A stretch of DNA of 60,044 nt, taken from Eledone cirrhosa. Lineage: Eukaryota. Positions 1 to 14,998 of the stretch are shown here, one piece after another (the first letter of the stretch is position 1; each line of letters starts with the position of its first letter). Location: NCBI GenBank assembly GCA_964016885.1, contig CAXHJY010000594.1, positions 1 to 60,044 of the forward strand. The letters are read 5' to 3'. Both the position numbers and the translations under genes were made by a program. The notes beneath the pieces were generated by a model that saw nothing but the letters and a program-made list of their open reading frames with translations, was not told where the DNA came from and did no database searches.

Positions 1-24
1 TATATAAAGATATCTATATGTATG

Positions 25-74
<50 letters not shown>

Positions 75-282
75 GATATCTATATGTATATATATATATT
101 ATATATATATATATAGATATCTATATGTATATATATAAGATATATATATATATATATATACAGATATCTATATGTATGTATATATATATATATATATTAT
201 ATATATATATACATATCAATATCTATACATATATATATATACACATATCTATATGTATATATATATCTATATACACACACAA

Positions 283-317
<35 letters not shown>

Positions 318-445
318 GATATATATATATATATATATATATACTATATATATATATACACATATCTATATCTATACATATATATACATAGATCAGTACA
401 TATATTTCTATTTGTCTGCGTGTCTTTTACACACACAAACACCGT

Positions 446-535
<90 letters not shown>

Positions 536-582
536 TACATACATACATAGATATACATATACATACATATATGTTTATATAT
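1..582. repeat. (TA)n/(CA)n compound microsatellite
   Basis: Directly visible dinucleotide runs. The YI/HT ORFs here are artefacts. Confidence 0.95.
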
Positions 583-992
583 AGATATTCTACTGTTAAA
601 TATATATTTCCCTTCTATAAAGTTACATAATAACATTCATTTGTCACAGCACATCTACTTCAGTAGCAACTAGAATAAGAACAACAAACGCAATGACGAC
701 AACAACAATAATAACAACAACAACAGCAGCAGTAGCAACAACAGTTAATATATAACGACATTTACTTGTTAGCAATGATTATATTACACACATGGTTTAC
801 CAAGAAAAGCTTTTCCTTCCCCTCGCCAAAATGCTTTGCCCGTTGTCCAATTTGAACAGTTTCGTCTAACGAATGACAAATCTGACCCCTTTTGAATGTA
901 ATCCACCCCGTACCACCATACTCCGCCCCACCGTGTCATTTTGACCGACAAAGCGTTGTGTAAAATATTGTTTGTGTGTCAGTGCGTGTCAG

Positions 993-1462
<470 letters not shown>

Positions 1463-1845
1463 GGTAGATGGTAGAGGAGGGGGGGGGGGAGAAAGAAAAG
1501 AGTAAGAGAGGTTGTGGATTTGTGCTTGTGTAACGTAAGTGGCGGTGTCTTGTCTCGGTGGATTTCGTAATGGCCACGTAGATGGTTGTTTAAATAGCTA
1601 GTCACAGATGAAAATCGAAGAGAAAACTGCTAGCTTGAAGAATTGAAGATAAAAGTGCTTCATTTTTCATTATTGGTTGTGATGTTTCAATTCATGTGTT
1701 TTCCTTTGAAAGTCAGAACTGGCTTTAAGAAGCCACACGGATCAGAGGGTCGCAAAGCTTACGATCGACAAACGACAGTCTGAATTGAACACACCTTTCA
1801 TATTCTGGCTGGTTTCAAAGGTTGATTTTCATTTTTATTTTTGCC

Positions 1846-2172
1846 ACACACACACACACGCACACGCACACGCACACACACACACACACACACACGTTTG
1901 CTTTAAGCCATTACTATTTCTACTACTACCATTACCAGTGCTTCTACAATCACTCCACCTTTACTCCCAACACAGCCACCACCAATATCACTACTTACTG
2001 CGACGACGACGACGACGACGACGACAATGATGACCAATAACACCACGACGAACAATAAATATAACAAATATCACCACCACCACCACCACCACCACCACCA
2101 TCATCACCACACCATCTTCTACTCCCACTCTTTCTTCACATCCACTATCCCCAGCTACAATCACTTTATTAC

Positions 2173-2225
<53 letters not shown>

Positions 2226-2266
2226 TATTATACACACACACATATATATGTATAAATATATATTAT

Positions 2267-2298
<32 letters not shown>
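1846..2298. repeat. (CA)n, (GAC)n, (CAC)n and (TA)n simple repeats
   Basis: Visible runs. Confidence 0.9.
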
Positions 2299-2299
<1 letters not shown>

Positions 2300-2979
2300 A
2301 TGTTAGTATCCAGAGGATACAATTTAAGATGGCTGGATGTGGCTCGAGGAACACTTGGCTGCTATTCCTAGGAGACTGAATGACCTAGTAGACTTGAAGG
2401 AAACTTGGTTGTTGTTATTTAGCTCTTGATTAACTCTCATCAAACACTCCGATGTTAAAATGTGTTCGAATTATGATCGTCACATCTTTTTGTATACCCG
2501 GAATTACATTGTACAGTAAATACTTTATACACGGGTGTAATTTGAGGGTGATTTGACTGCTGTTTTTCAGAGGTCAGATGACTTAGAAAAAGCTCCATTG
2601 TTGAACACCGAGGTCAGCCGATTTAAATTGGGGTCAACTTAAATAAGAAAAAAACACCGGGCATTAGTATAAACTAGAGTCGGATATGGCCGACAATTAA
2701 ATGAAATTGAATGAAATGAAAACTATCAACGAAAATCAACAATCAAATGAAAAAGAAAACCAGGAAGCCGGACCGTATTCAATGGTTGGCGAAAGTACAG
2801 CATTCGCAATCAAATTACAGGTTGTGCTTATGATCATGAAACCGTTGTTCAGGACTTTGTAGACTCCAACTCCGCCAAAAAAGTTTTACAAGTTATTAAA
2901 ATTACACAGCAAAGAAATGGGTAAGATTTACAAATTAATCATTTGGAATTTAAACCTAACGGTTTGCATTAGCCTACAC

Positions 2980-3296
2980 CAGGGGTGTGCCGCATATTCC
3001 ACTGGCGGGCCACTTTTGAACATTGGAACAACTATTAGGGTCATTAATATTTATTAAGCACTATTCCAAAGATTCACTACAACTTCTTTCCATAACATGG
3101 AACTGGGAAATTATAACACACATAACCCTATCAGTGAAGCCCTTTAGTATAGGTCAACTAACAGAAAATTGTATTACGGTTACGAAAAAAATTGTAAATA
3201 AGCCTACAAGGTAAAAATTAGTAGCGGTCATCGCAGGCTACTCATTGGACCGGCGGGCTGGATTGTGGCTCGCGGGCCGCTTGTTACACGCCCATG
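2980..3296. mobile_element. hAT-type non-autonomous DNA transposon (MITE)
   Basis: Left end CAGGGGTGTG and reverse complement of right end CATGGGCGTG match 8/10. Flanked by an 8-bp near-duplication gcctacac (2972-2979) / gtctacac (3297-3304). Subterminal GCGGGCC motifs are typical of hAT/Charlie-like elements. Confidence 0.65.
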
Positions 3297-3485
3297 GTCT
3301 ACACTAATGCAAATATTTTTTTAGAAAACGAGACAGCAAGAGGACTGAGTCTAAAGATCAGCGAACTTCCTTGGTGACGAACTGGATTGGAAATTCTTTT
3401 ATGTCTTGTAGGGCAAGGTGAATACACAATGAAACTATGGCCATTAAAAGCAATAGAAACAGCTAAAAAATTACTTTAATGGTAA

Positions 3486-3526
<41 letters not shown>

Positions 3527-3564
3527 CAAATAAACAAATCATTATTAGCATTTAGCGAAGATCG

Positions 3565-3905
3565 CTAGATTAGCCGGATCGTTAGAGCGTCGGACAAAAT
3601 GTTTAGCAGCATATGCACCGGCTTTTTAAGTCCTGAGTTCAAATCTCAACGTGGTCAACTTTAGTTTTCATCCTTCCGGTGTCCATAAATGTGTATGCAG
3701 AAGAAGGCCCCGCAGTAAACGATGAATTGGCAGAATCATTATAGCGCCGATCATTATATCTGGCTCTTCTCGTTGTAAGTTTAAATCTCTCCGAGGTTAA
3801 CTTTGCATTTCATACTTCTGGGGTCGATAAATAAAGTACCAGTTAAATCGATTTTCTCTCTTTCTCCAAAAGTGCCAGCCTTTTGCCAATGTTAGGAATA
3901 GTTAT
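3565..3905 (+). mobile_element. Two degenerate tRNA-derived SINE copies in tandem
   Basis: B-box-like gagttcaaatc and core (ttaactttgcatttcat...ggggtcgataaataaagtaccag) matching the other copies. Confidence 0.75.
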
Positions 3906-4046
3906 TACCAATATAATAATCTCTGTCATCTTCTCCCACCACCCACCACCTTCCTTTTCCTCGTCCTCATCATTACTCTCATGGCGATGATCATGACAAT
4001 CACCCTCTTCTCCCTACTCATAGTATTCACCATTATTAATCGACAA

Positions 4047-4240
4047 GGGCGGTGGATTGGCAGTATCGGCTGAAGGTCAGACGCCATGCTTTGCAGAATA
4101 GAGTTACGCCCCTTTACGTTCTGAATTCAAATTCCGCCGTGGTAAACTTTACCTTTCATCCTTACGGGGTCGATTAAATAAAGTACCAGTAATGCACTGG
4201 GGTAATTGCTGGCCTTGTGCCAAAAGTAGAAACAGTTATT
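4047..4240 (+). mobile_element. tRNA-derived SINE, short subtype, with TSD
   Basis: A-box-like TGGCAGTATCGG, B-box-like ATTCAAATTCC, core, and 3' end ggccttgtgccaaaagtagaaac. Flanking near-repeat ttattaatcgaca (4033-4045) / ttatttatcgaca (4236-4248). Confidence 0.9.
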
Positions 4241-4572
4241 TATCGACATCTTCATCATCGTCGCTCACTCACCACCTTCTTCCTCCTCCTCAACATCATC
4301 ACCTCCATCATCATCATCATCATCATCACCCTCCTCATCATCATAACCATCCATTTTAACAGGTCTCTCCTTTCTCTCCCTCTATCCCTCCCTATAACAT
4401 GTTGACACAAAGCTAGTCACCACTACACCTTCACAAGTGCTTGTTGTCCCAGCTCTGTTGTTCATGTTATTGTTACCTACCACGCCATTTACCTAGCAAC
4501 GTCTGGCTTCATTGGACACGCCTCTTTCCTCTCATAGGAATCGTTTCTTTAAGTCAACCATTCTCCGTTTCA

Positions 4573-4649
4573 TTCTTCTTCTTCTTCTTCTTCTTCTTCT
4601 TCTTCTTCTTCTTCTTCTTCTTCTTCTTCTTCTTCTTTTTCTTCTTCTT
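4573..4649. repeat. (TTC)n microsatellite
   Basis: Visible run. Could be the (GAA)n tail of a minus-strand retroelement. Confidence 0.9.
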
Positions 4650-5187
4650 GGAAGTGGCAAGTAAAAGAGTAGCATATTTCTATGTTTCCACAAATGGAAG
4701 GTGTCTCCTATGTTCCCAAAGAAACAGTTGGAAAAGTCCCCGAACCGATGTATTGCACACAGTGTATGTCTTCGAACGGGGTAGGACATATAGAAGGGTA
4801 TGTTTTATCTTTAATACCCAAGATGAGATGAGATGACAAGTGGTGTGGGTGCATCCCATCACCGGCATTCACGAAACTGGATATTAAGGGTGACGTGGAT
4901 TCTAGTCACATCTTCACATTGGTAACCGAATGGTATGTGCAGATATGTCATCTTGTAGGATTATGTTCATGCAAGTATTGTTGACGCTCGGTTTCTTGCC
5001 CTAGGAAGAAAGAAGCAGCAACAGAAGACAACAGAGAATGTTTTACAAGCACTTCCAGTTGTAGCTCAAAAAATTGCGGTAAAAATCGTTTCATAATTAA
5101 CGCTCAAAATTATCTTGCGACGACAGTGAGGAAATAGAAACCGTTTGAGGAAATGACAAACTGTCAATGTAGGCAAAAAACACAATT

Positions 5188-5712
5188 TCCTAAAATCATA
5201 ATATAATATAGGGGCTGCGTCCTGAATATATATTTTATTATCCCGTTTGTAAAATAAGTTGGATTACTTTGAATAAATAATGAATGAATATTACATAATT
5301 TATGTACTAAATTTCACAACTCTTGATAAGTAATTTTATTTCTTATTTCAAGATTCACTTCTTTAAAATTTTCAAATGTCAACACTTCCGGTTAGCGTCC
5401 GTTATATTATAACACTTATCACATCGCTTATATAAACGTTCATATATTTGCATCGTTATATATGGTTTATATTTCCGTCGCTAATTTTCTCCTAATGCAG
5501 TTTATATATAATATCGTCTTTTTTAAATGTATGATGGATTACTTTACTAATTGCAGCAGACAGTGTAACACAGCCTCTCTTCAATTTCTGTGCATATTCT
5601 CAATTACGGTTTTTACGTATCATATCTAAATGCATATATATTTGCGTATAATATCAATATGCACACTACACATGCTAGCAGAAAACCACTCTTCGGGTGG
5701 TTTTTCTGCTAG
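5188..5712 (+). mobile_element. Helitron-like non-autonomous element, family H1
   Basis: Reverse-complement homolog of 16857-17377 over about 500 bp. Ends in the palindrome CTAGCAGAAAACCAC...GTGGTTTTTCTGCTAG followed by T. The 5' boundary is uncertain. Confidence 0.65.
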
Positions 5713-6337
5713 TAAATATAATTATTTAAAATGTATAAAAGGAACATTGCGGAAGCTGGAAAATTATTATATTCTTATGTACGTTCAATTTTTTTCTTAA
5801 TTTTAAAGGACTCACACTCATTTTGATTCTGTAACAGAAATTATTTAGGTAATCTCCCATTGTCCACATCACGGTTGGGATCACTGGCAGATTTTCCAGC
5901 CGTCCCATACGTGATTCAATAGGCAAGCTTCCATATCCTTTTCCAGTGGACAATAGCTTTGTATATATGTGTATTATGTGGCACATTTCAAATAAGTCGA
6001 TGTTTACTTTTAAATATTTGTGCAGTTATAACGTTACTTTACATTCATGTTAAATTTAGTTTGTTTTACATCGCTTTATTAATTTGAAATTTGTAAAACA
6101 TTTACAATAATGATAAATAACGGAACACAATTTCACATAAACTTATTACATATAACTCATTACGAAAACTGTGGAATCTCACGTGTCTCTTTAATATCGC
6201 TTTGTTCTTCAATAGGAACAAAATGAAAATACTTATGACAAAAACCGAAGCAATAGCTTCTATGTTGGCAATAACTCATGATACAAACATGCCAATCTAT
6301 GTTTAGAATCCCGAGCAACGCCGGGCCATTCTGCTAG
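5713..6337 (+). mobile_element. Segment ending in a Helitron-like 3' terminus, family H2
   Basis: Hairpin CCCGAGCAACGCCGGG then ...CTGCTAG|T. Same terminus as 17641-17668 on the minus strand. The 5' limit is unclear. Confidence 0.5.
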
Positions 6338-6424
6338 TATAAAATAAAATTGTCTCTTTGCCATTTGCTCATATTGACTTGTTTCGGAAAAGATGGGCTT
6401 ACACTGGTTCTTAGAGCAGGAAAA

Positions 6425-7260
6425 CCCTCGTCCGTAACTCGAGATCCAGGCCTTTTCTAACCAGCACTGCCACCCCGCCTCCAATTCGATACCATCTAAG
6501 AGATGTGAATATCTGATTTCGTTAGAAATTGGGTTTAGTGCGTGCTTGTCGGAAATCTTGGTCTCGCTAACGGCTGTCACATCCATATCTAGTGAACTGA
6601 AGTCATTCAGCAAGCGTCCTTGCTTCCAGGACGACCCCAGACTACAAACATCCTACTCATACAACAGCCATGTTGGCCTGGTTAGTCAAGAGAGAAAAAA
6701 TGGGGGCTAAATACCCGCCGGGTGCTGTCGGAGGTCTTGTGGTTCGATTTCCATATTTGTTGGGGTTTTCTTTGGAACCCCCTTTAAAACCTACTCGTGG
6801 CTCTACGGGACCCCACGCGATGCGGAAATCTTTCCCTAATACCTTTTGTAGGTACCCAGGGTCATCAGTACCTTCATTAGAGATTCAAACACTTTAAATA
6901 CGCTGGTGCCAAAAATATCTCCCTCTTTCTCACTCTTTACTTCGTGCCATGAGGGCTATCAGTTCTTCGTTGGCCTTTCTTACTAGCACGAGTGTTTCTA
7001 TGCGGTGTTGTTTACTGTTGAATTTGTGTGTCTGTGTGTTTTCTTTTGGTTGTGGTTGTGGCAGGGTTGATGGTGGTGTCGATGGTGATTGTGTTACCAG
7101 TTGGGGGTGGTAGTGGAGGCGGTGTTGTTTCAGATGTATTTGTGTTTGGTGTGGGTGTTCGTATCGTGTCAGACTTCTTGCGCGTCTTTTTTTAACTTTT
7201 TCGGTTTGGGTCTTTCCTCGTCTCTTTCACTGGGAGAAGAGTTGGTGCATGTCTCTGATA
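6425..7260 (-). mobile_element. Tx1-like retrotransposon fragment (ORF1 C-terminus plus APE N-terminus)
   Basis: ORF 6260..6613 LNDFSSLDMDVTAVSETKISD matches LNDLRSIEMDVIAVNETRISD in the full copy. Nucleotide similarity to about 32840-33550. Confidence 0.85.
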
Positions 7261-7906
7261 ATGGTGGGAGTGCAGCAACCCCAGCATTAATAAGAATAAA
7301 TTCAGCAATTGCAATTTTACTGTATAGAGTTAAATATGTTGCCATACTATTAGGACACATCTAGAAACTCTTTTACAGAGAGAGAGAGGGGGAGCTTTCT
7401 TTACGGATCTCTTGGGTGCATTTGTTGGAGTCTTTTGTTGTTGGTGGTAGAGGTGGTTTTGTTGCTGCTGTTATTGTTGGTGATGTTATTGATCTCTCAC
7501 CCGACATGTTTGGAGTACTCTTTGACAGGGAAAGTGATCTGGTTCCGGATGATCGTTACCAAGCAACTGATTACACAAATAATATGTGCGTAGCTTGACA
7601 CAAATGGACGAAGGAAGAAAACGATACACTCATTGAATGTCATGTAAGGGCAACATTGGAGGGAAGCGGTGGAGTAGGGCCACGTACTTTGGATGTTTGG
7701 ATGGAAAAAGACATGTTTTCGATGTCAGAAAATAAAATAATGAATCAACTGTTGGTTATTAGGAGGAAGGGTTGGTTAATTGAGGTAGAAATATCTTGTG
7801 TTAGTGAACGTTTAAGTGAACCCGCAGATGAGCAACAGAGGGAGGTTAGAGTAGAAACCGAAGCCGTTTCTACAGTTGAAATCAGATAGAAAAATAGACA
7901 TCACAA

Positions 7907-7968
7907 GGGCAGTGCTCCAACATTACCTCAGCCGGATGGCTGGAACAGGTAAAATAGTAAAATAGTAA
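7907..7968 (+). repeat. CR1-type 3' tail motif (...GGCTGGAACAGGTAAAATAGTAAAATAG)
   Basis: Matches the LINE end at 47627-47680 and the minus-strand copy at 51522-51581. Confidence 0.65.
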
Positions 7969-8401
7969 CAGAAATAAGGAAAGTATGATGAGACTGTTAG
8001 GACTGCTGAAAAGGAAGGTTAAAGATTGAACCTTAGTAGTGCTGAGGATGGTTATACACGAGGGGGGGGGGGGGGGGCTAGTTAGATGATGAATCGCTTG
8101 AATTACAAAGATGGTTTATGGATTTGATGAATGCATCATGAATATAAGAAGAGTAGATAGGAGTATGAAGAATGAAATTACAAAAAAGATTAATGTTCGT
8201 CATACCACATATCTAGACAGAGAACATAACGCAAGCAAAGAACTTTATCCGAGCTATTGCACTACTTGTTGAGGAAAAATTACAACAAATGAAATCAAAG
8301 TAGCGTAGGGCAAAAGAACCATGGTGGGTTCTATAAAGTAATGGGACAATTAAAACAGGATTTTGTCAAAAGACCGGAAGATAAGAAATAAGCAAAATAA
8401 T

Positions 8402-10488
8402 CCAGTAACGCTGATGAGGAAAGACGAGAACACGACGGATATCTTAGGCAATTTCTGGCCCATAACTCTGCTAAATATAGAGTTTAAGATTTGTTGCCAA
8501 TGTGTTAACGAAGACGTTGGTGCCTGTCGTCCAGGGTCTGGTAAGGGAGGTGCAAACTTGCGAAATCCCGACCAGTTCCATACATGAAAACCTCCACCTC
8601 ATGCAATACATCATAGAGAGGGTAGGGCGTAAACCTGGCTTCGGTGGGACTCTGATCAATTTAGATCAATCAAAAACTTTCGATAGGGTCGACCATCGAT
8701 ACCTGGAGGCAATTCTCAAGGCAGCTGGGATGAGAGACCTGATCGCTGCATTGCACAGCGGCATCCGCTCGATGGTCAAAGTTAATGGTCATCTTTCAGA
8801 CCTCCCGATCGGCCCGTCAAGGATGCTCTCTCTCCTCCCTCCTGTACGTATTGACTCTCAAGCCTTTACAGTGGAAGCTGGAGTTGTTGCAGAACATCCG
8901 GCTCGAAGCAGGACGTGAAAAGGCTGTGTCGGCATATACGGACAACATCACCGTGATGGTGTTGGACACCTTGGAAATCGAGGTGGTCGGAATATGAAAA
9001 GTTGACGGGAGCAAAACTAAATCCGGAAAAGTCGTTGGGCTTGCAACTCGGCACCTGGAGAGGCAAGTTTATGTCATTCAACAACGTTGTAGGGCGCTGA
9101 ACGGACGAACCGGTAAAGCTGTTCGGTGTCTGGTTCGGCCTAGATCTCCAGGTGGATAACATTTGGGACGAGGTTACGACCAGGGGCCACTCTCACACAG
9201 AAATGGGCCGAGAGGAAGCTGTTCCTGAAAGGCCGGATGGAGTAGTTAATGCGTACATCGCATCCGTCATCTATTACCGCCTGACAATCGTGCATTGCCT
9301 CCGTTCACGCCTCACCAAATTGGAACGGCTCCTTTTCAACTTCTTGTGCAATTGACAGGTTCCGTTGGTGAGGCTGTTCATCTGCTGCCAACACCATCTA
9401 CATAGAGGGCTGAGCAGGCCTGGGTAATGATGCGCAAACATGCGTTGGATCTGCGCCATCTCCAGAAACGTTGTCTAACGGTGAACAGGTGTGGTCGCAG
9501 TTTGTGAGACAAGTCTTTCCACAGCTCGTCTCTTTGACTGAACTGCAGTCCTGGGTCAAGAAGAGACGAAGACTGGGTGCCTGGCATCTGGAATGTTGCC
9601 AGGTGCTCACTGCCATCTACAAGGCATGCATTACTGACTTGTGGAGTTATGTGGATCAGCTGTTGTTGCATGTGGGATGGATCCATCTATGAACCGAATC
9701 CATAGTAAAGATCACCCCACTGCCTTCTTTTGACTGGGAAGGGCAAGCAGTTTTCCTGTCTGGTAGTGGTAACAAAGGAGGTTGTGTTGTGGACCAGGTT
9801 GAAAGGACTGAAGTCAGACACTTTTCTCTTCGGCCAATCCCTCATCAGCTTTTTCAAGTTTAAAGGAAGGTGAGGGTGGAGAGAGAAGTACTGCCTCACA
9901 AGTACATTTTCTAAAAGGTGAGTGAATGTGGCGAGAATGGCCTGCGTGAATGGGCTGGTTAAATTGAAGAGGAGAGGGATGCCCATCCCGGGTGCCCTCG
10001 AAGCGTCGGATGGTTCAGGATTGGTGGGACACCTGAGTCGGCCCCGAGTTGTTAACCCCTACCGGGGAATTTATTTTGTTGGCGAAACCAACAGGTAGGA
10101 GCCCCAAGGATAGACCCCGAGCAAGATGGTTAGATAACATCCATAAGCTTTGCTGGTCACGCTTGGGGATCCAGCCGGACCAGTTGGAGACGGTTGCTTG
10201 TGACAGGAGCCGCTGGAGGGAGTGTTTGAGGACTCTGCCCCCCCCCCCACGGCACTCTGAAGAAGAAGAAGAAGAAGAAGAAGAAGAAGAAGAAGAAGAA
10301 GAAGAAGAAGAAGAAGAAGATATTTATATAAATGTTTTATTTTATATTTTTTCATTATTAATTGTTTTTGTTATTGTGTAATTTTTACTCAGTTTTATTG
10401 TAAATCCCCACTGGCCCTGTCTTTCTATTGTCCCCTTTATATCGGCCCTTGTGTCCAATAAACGAAACCATTATTATTATCATTATTA
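8402..10488 (+). mobile_element. 5'-truncated Tx1-like retrotransposon (RT to 3' end), decayed
   Basis: Motifs FWPITLLNIEFKI, LINLDQSKTFDRVDH, RQGCSLS and AYTDNIT. Colinear with 29420-31580. Internal deletion of about 300 bp near 9625. AATAAA at 10457-10462 and (ATT)n tail at 10470-10488. Confidence 0.92.
10078..10320 (+). mobile_element. RTE-clade (Rex3/Expander-like) 3' end with (GAA)n tail, nested in the Tx1 3' UTR
   Basis: KPTGRSPKDRPRARWLDNIHKLCWSRLGIQPDQLETVA...WRECLRTLPP resembles Rex3/Expander C-termini. Second copy at 16550-16832. Confidence 0.8.
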
Positions 10489-10494
10489 GATAAT

Positions 10495-10885
10495 GGGCGG
10501 TAGTTTGGCAGTATCGGTAGAGGGTCGGACGCCATGCTTTGCTGCATAGAGTTACGGCCCTTTATGATCTGAGTTCAATCCCGCCGAGGTTAACTTTGCC
10601 TTTCATCCTTACGGGGTCAATAAAATAAAGTACCAGTCACTCACTGGGGTCGATTTAATCGACTTTTCCCTCCCCCAAAAATTGCTGGCCTTGTGCCTAT
10701 ATAAGAAAATTATTAGAGTTATGGCCATTTTCGTTGTGAGTTCAAATCCCGCCAAGGTTAGCTTAGCCTTTCATCCTTAAGGGGTCGATAAAATGAAGTA
10801 CCAGTAATGTACTGGAGTAGATTTAATAGACTTTTCCCTTCCCCTTCAAATTGCTGGACTTGTACCTAAAATAGAAATAACTGTT
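10495..10885 (+). mobile_element. tRNA-derived SINE (long subtype) followed by a 5'-truncated second copy
   Basis: Full head, core and tail directly after the Tx1 (ATT)n tail. The second copy begins right after the first copy's ATTATT tail. Confidence 0.9.
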
Positions 10886-11002
10886 AATGTTATCAACACT
10901 CTGCTTCTTCAGGATATCAACTACGGTGAAATACCAAACACAGAATCCTACATCGGCTCAAACTGGTGAACCAGCAGTGACTAAACGTTATACACCAATA
11001 TA

Positions 11003-11712
<710 letters not shown>

Positions 11713-11915
11713 TCTATTTTTTGTCTCTTATTGGTAGTTTCTTTCGAATAGATTTCTTGGAAATCTTCCGAAACTGTCACCAAATGTTGGTAAGGTTTGA
11801 TTTCTCCTGCCAAACATTTTTCCTAGAGAAGTTTTTCATTCCACTCATCACATTCGCGTTGGCACATTTCCTACCTTGTCTGTCTATCAGTCTGTCGTTC
11901 TGTCAATCTCTCTCT

Positions 11916-11955
11916 ATATATGTATGTGTATGTGTGTGTATGTATGTATGTATGT

Positions 11956-12001
<46 letters not shown>

Positions 12002-12112
12002 GTGTATGTATGTGTGTGTGTGTGTGTGTGTGTATGTGTGTATGTATGTGTGTGTGTGTATGTATGTATGTATGTATGTATGTATGTATGTATGTATGTA
12101 TGTATGTGTGTA

Positions 12113-12147
<35 letters not shown>

Positions 12148-12522
12148 ATGTGTGTGTGTGTGTGTATGAATGAATGTATGTGTGTGTGTATGTATGTATG
12201 TATGTATGTATGTATGTATGTATGTATGTATGTATGTATGTGTGTGTGTGTGTGTGTGTGTATGTTTGTATGTATGTATGTATGTATGTATGTATGTATG
12301 TATGTATGTTTGTGTGTGTGTATGTATGTATGTATGTATGAATGTATGTATGTATGTATGTATGTATGTATGTATGTATAAATGTATGTATGTATGTATG
12401 TATGTATGTATGTATATATGTATGTATGTATGTATAAATGCATGTATGTATGTATGTATGTATGTATGTATGTATGTATGTATGTATGTATGTATGTATG
12501 AATGTATGTATGTATGTATGTA

Positions 12523-12553
<31 letters not shown>

Positions 12554-12698
12554 ATGAATGAATGTATGTATGTATGTATGTATGTATGAATGAATGTATG
12601 TATGTATGTATGTATGAATGAATGTATGTATGAATGTATGTATGTATGAATGAATGTATGTATGAATGTGTGTATGTATGTATGTATGTATGTATGTT

Positions 12699-12729
<31 letters not shown>

Positions 12730-13110
12730 ATGTATGAATGAATGAATGTATGTATGTATGAATGAATGTATGTGTGTATGTGTGTATGTATGTATGTATG
12801 TATGTATGTATGTATGAATGAATGTATGTATGAATGTATGATTGTATGTATGTATGTATGTTTGTGCGTGTGTGTGTGTGTGTGTATGTTTGTATGTACG
12901 TATGTATGTATGAATGAATGTATGTATGTATGAATGTATGTGTGTGTGTGTATGTTTGTATGTATGTTTGAATGAATGTATGTATGTATATCTTTGTATG
13001 AATGAATGAATGAATGTATGTCTGTATTAATCTATCTATCTATCGATTTATCTGTCTATCTATCTGTCTATCTATATATCTGTCTGTCTGTCTCTCTGTC
13101 TGTCTGTCTC
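11916..13110. repeat. Tract of about 1.2 kb of (TATG)n/(TG)n/(TGAA)n/(TCTG)n
   Basis: Visible tetranucleotide runs. Confidence 0.95.
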
Positions 13111-13429
13111 TGGGTATTCCTGTATCTGTGTTTTTATATTCGTATATCTATTTCTCTGTCAATCCTGTCCGAATTTTGTGTGTGCGTGTGTGTACCCCCC
13201 CCCCCCCTATATATATATACACACATATACACACATATACACATACACATATATCTACGTACACATACACACTTTTTTGACATTCGCTGTCATCAGCTAA
13301 TTTGATTTGATAATCTACAACATAAACAGATACAACAATAACAACTATAACTACAACACCAAACATGAGAAATAGCTCGATTGATTAAGTTTAGTATTAA
13401 ATATTATGTTGAAGGTGTGTGGTGGTGGG

Positions 13430-14225
13430 GAGGGACAAAATGGTAGCTCGCCAGGTGAAATGCCTTGTGGTATTTATTTAACCTTCTTCTTGTCTTGAGT
13501 TCAAATCCCAGAGGGATTCAACTTTCCTCACTCAACGTTTCTAACATCTATACAAAATACCCCCCCCCCCACATATATATATATTGTGGTCGATTTATTC
13601 ACTTTAAAAATGTGGCCTTGTGCCAATATAGAACACTATAACTTAACAGAATGTTTAGAGTGTCGTACAAGTGACTTGCCGTACTTCTTGTTGTTGCTTA
13701 TGTTCTGAGTTCAAATCTCACCAAGGTCAACTTTGCCATTTATCCTTCTGGGGTCGATAAAATAATTGTTTCTACTTTAGGCACAAGGCCAGCAATTACC
13801 CAGTGCATTACTGGTACTTTATTTTATCGACTCCGTAAGGATGAAAGGCAAAGTCAACCTCGGCGGGATTTGAACTCAGATCGTAAAGGGACGTAACTAT
13901 GCTGGAAAGCATGGCGTCCGACCCTCTACCGAAATGTACCAGGCAAAGGTCGATACAATCGGATTATCCCTCAAACTAAATCTCCTGGTCTTGTCTCTAA
14001 ATTCGAAACCATTTAGTCTGGTTGAATCATTACCATATCGGGCAAAATGTTTAGTAGCAGTATTTATTCCAGCCTACTACTATATCAGTTCAAATTCCAC
14101 CGAGGTCAACTTAGCCTTTCAAGATTCCAAGGTCGATAAACTAATGTACTAATCAAGAACTGGAACGCGATTTAATTGACTGCCCCATCCCCCAAATTAC
14201 TTTTCTTGTACCTAAATTAGAAAAC
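13430..14225. mobile_element. SINE cluster: three degenerate plus-strand copies, one interrupted by a minus-strand copy (13762-13932)
   Basis: The core ...ggggtcgataaaataa is broken by the reverse-oriented SINE and resumes at gtaccag (13936). Confidence 0.8.
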
Positions 14226-14409
14226 CAGGAGTTGCGATCGGTAGATAATGTCAGCAATGGAAATACCATTGGAAGAATTGTTTCCTTGGTTCAATTTGAC
14301 GAGTTTCACCAAATTCGCTAAGCGAATAAGGCATGGGGTCTTGTCGCTTGAACTCAATCCTATACTATTCTGATCCTTATTGTCACCCTTATTGACAACT
14401 CAAATTTTT

Positions 14410-14540
14410 CAGCTTAGTGGACTGTTGCGACGTGGAATAAAGTGTCTTTCTCAAGAACGCAATGCAGCGCCCGATCTGATCAAGGAATTGAATTCACAAC
14501 TTTACGATCATGAGTCCAGCTCTCTAACTACTAAGGCATG
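14410..14540 (-). mobile_element. Second tRNA-headed SINE family, fragment
   Basis: Reverse complement resembles 37127-37242 (tRNA-like head plus gttcttgagaaagacactttatt). Confidence 0.55.
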
Positions 14541-14998
14541 ATATTCCAGTAATTACGGAAACGTTTGACACTTTTTGCTGGGATTATCATCCAATCTTAA
14601 TAATCCCTTAACAACAATCGCAATGACCTGTGGGAATGATGTTAAGGAATACAGTCCTGGTTATTAAAATAATTGTTTAATAATAGTATTACATCTGTAC
14701 CACATGAAACCACAAGTCAGTTAAGCGTAAATCATTGTTAGTTTCTCAGTCAAGAAATTCTGTCTTGAAATGTGTCTATGTCCTCCAATATGATTGGCTT
14801 GATTGACACACTCTGGCCAATCACATAGTTTTATCTGTAAATTGAACACAAACTGTAGGTATACTATTTACATGCAGATAATCTACAGTTGCTCTGACAA
14901 GACAGTATAAACAGAATGCATCATGGGAACCTCGACTGATTGTTTGTTCTTCGCCCTCTATTCCAAATGTTGACTGGTCAACTACATTTGCTGTGATA

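Noticed and set aside
5726-5986. 86-aa minus-strand ORF inside the Helitron-like segment
   Set aside because: No recognisable Rep, helicase or other domain motif.
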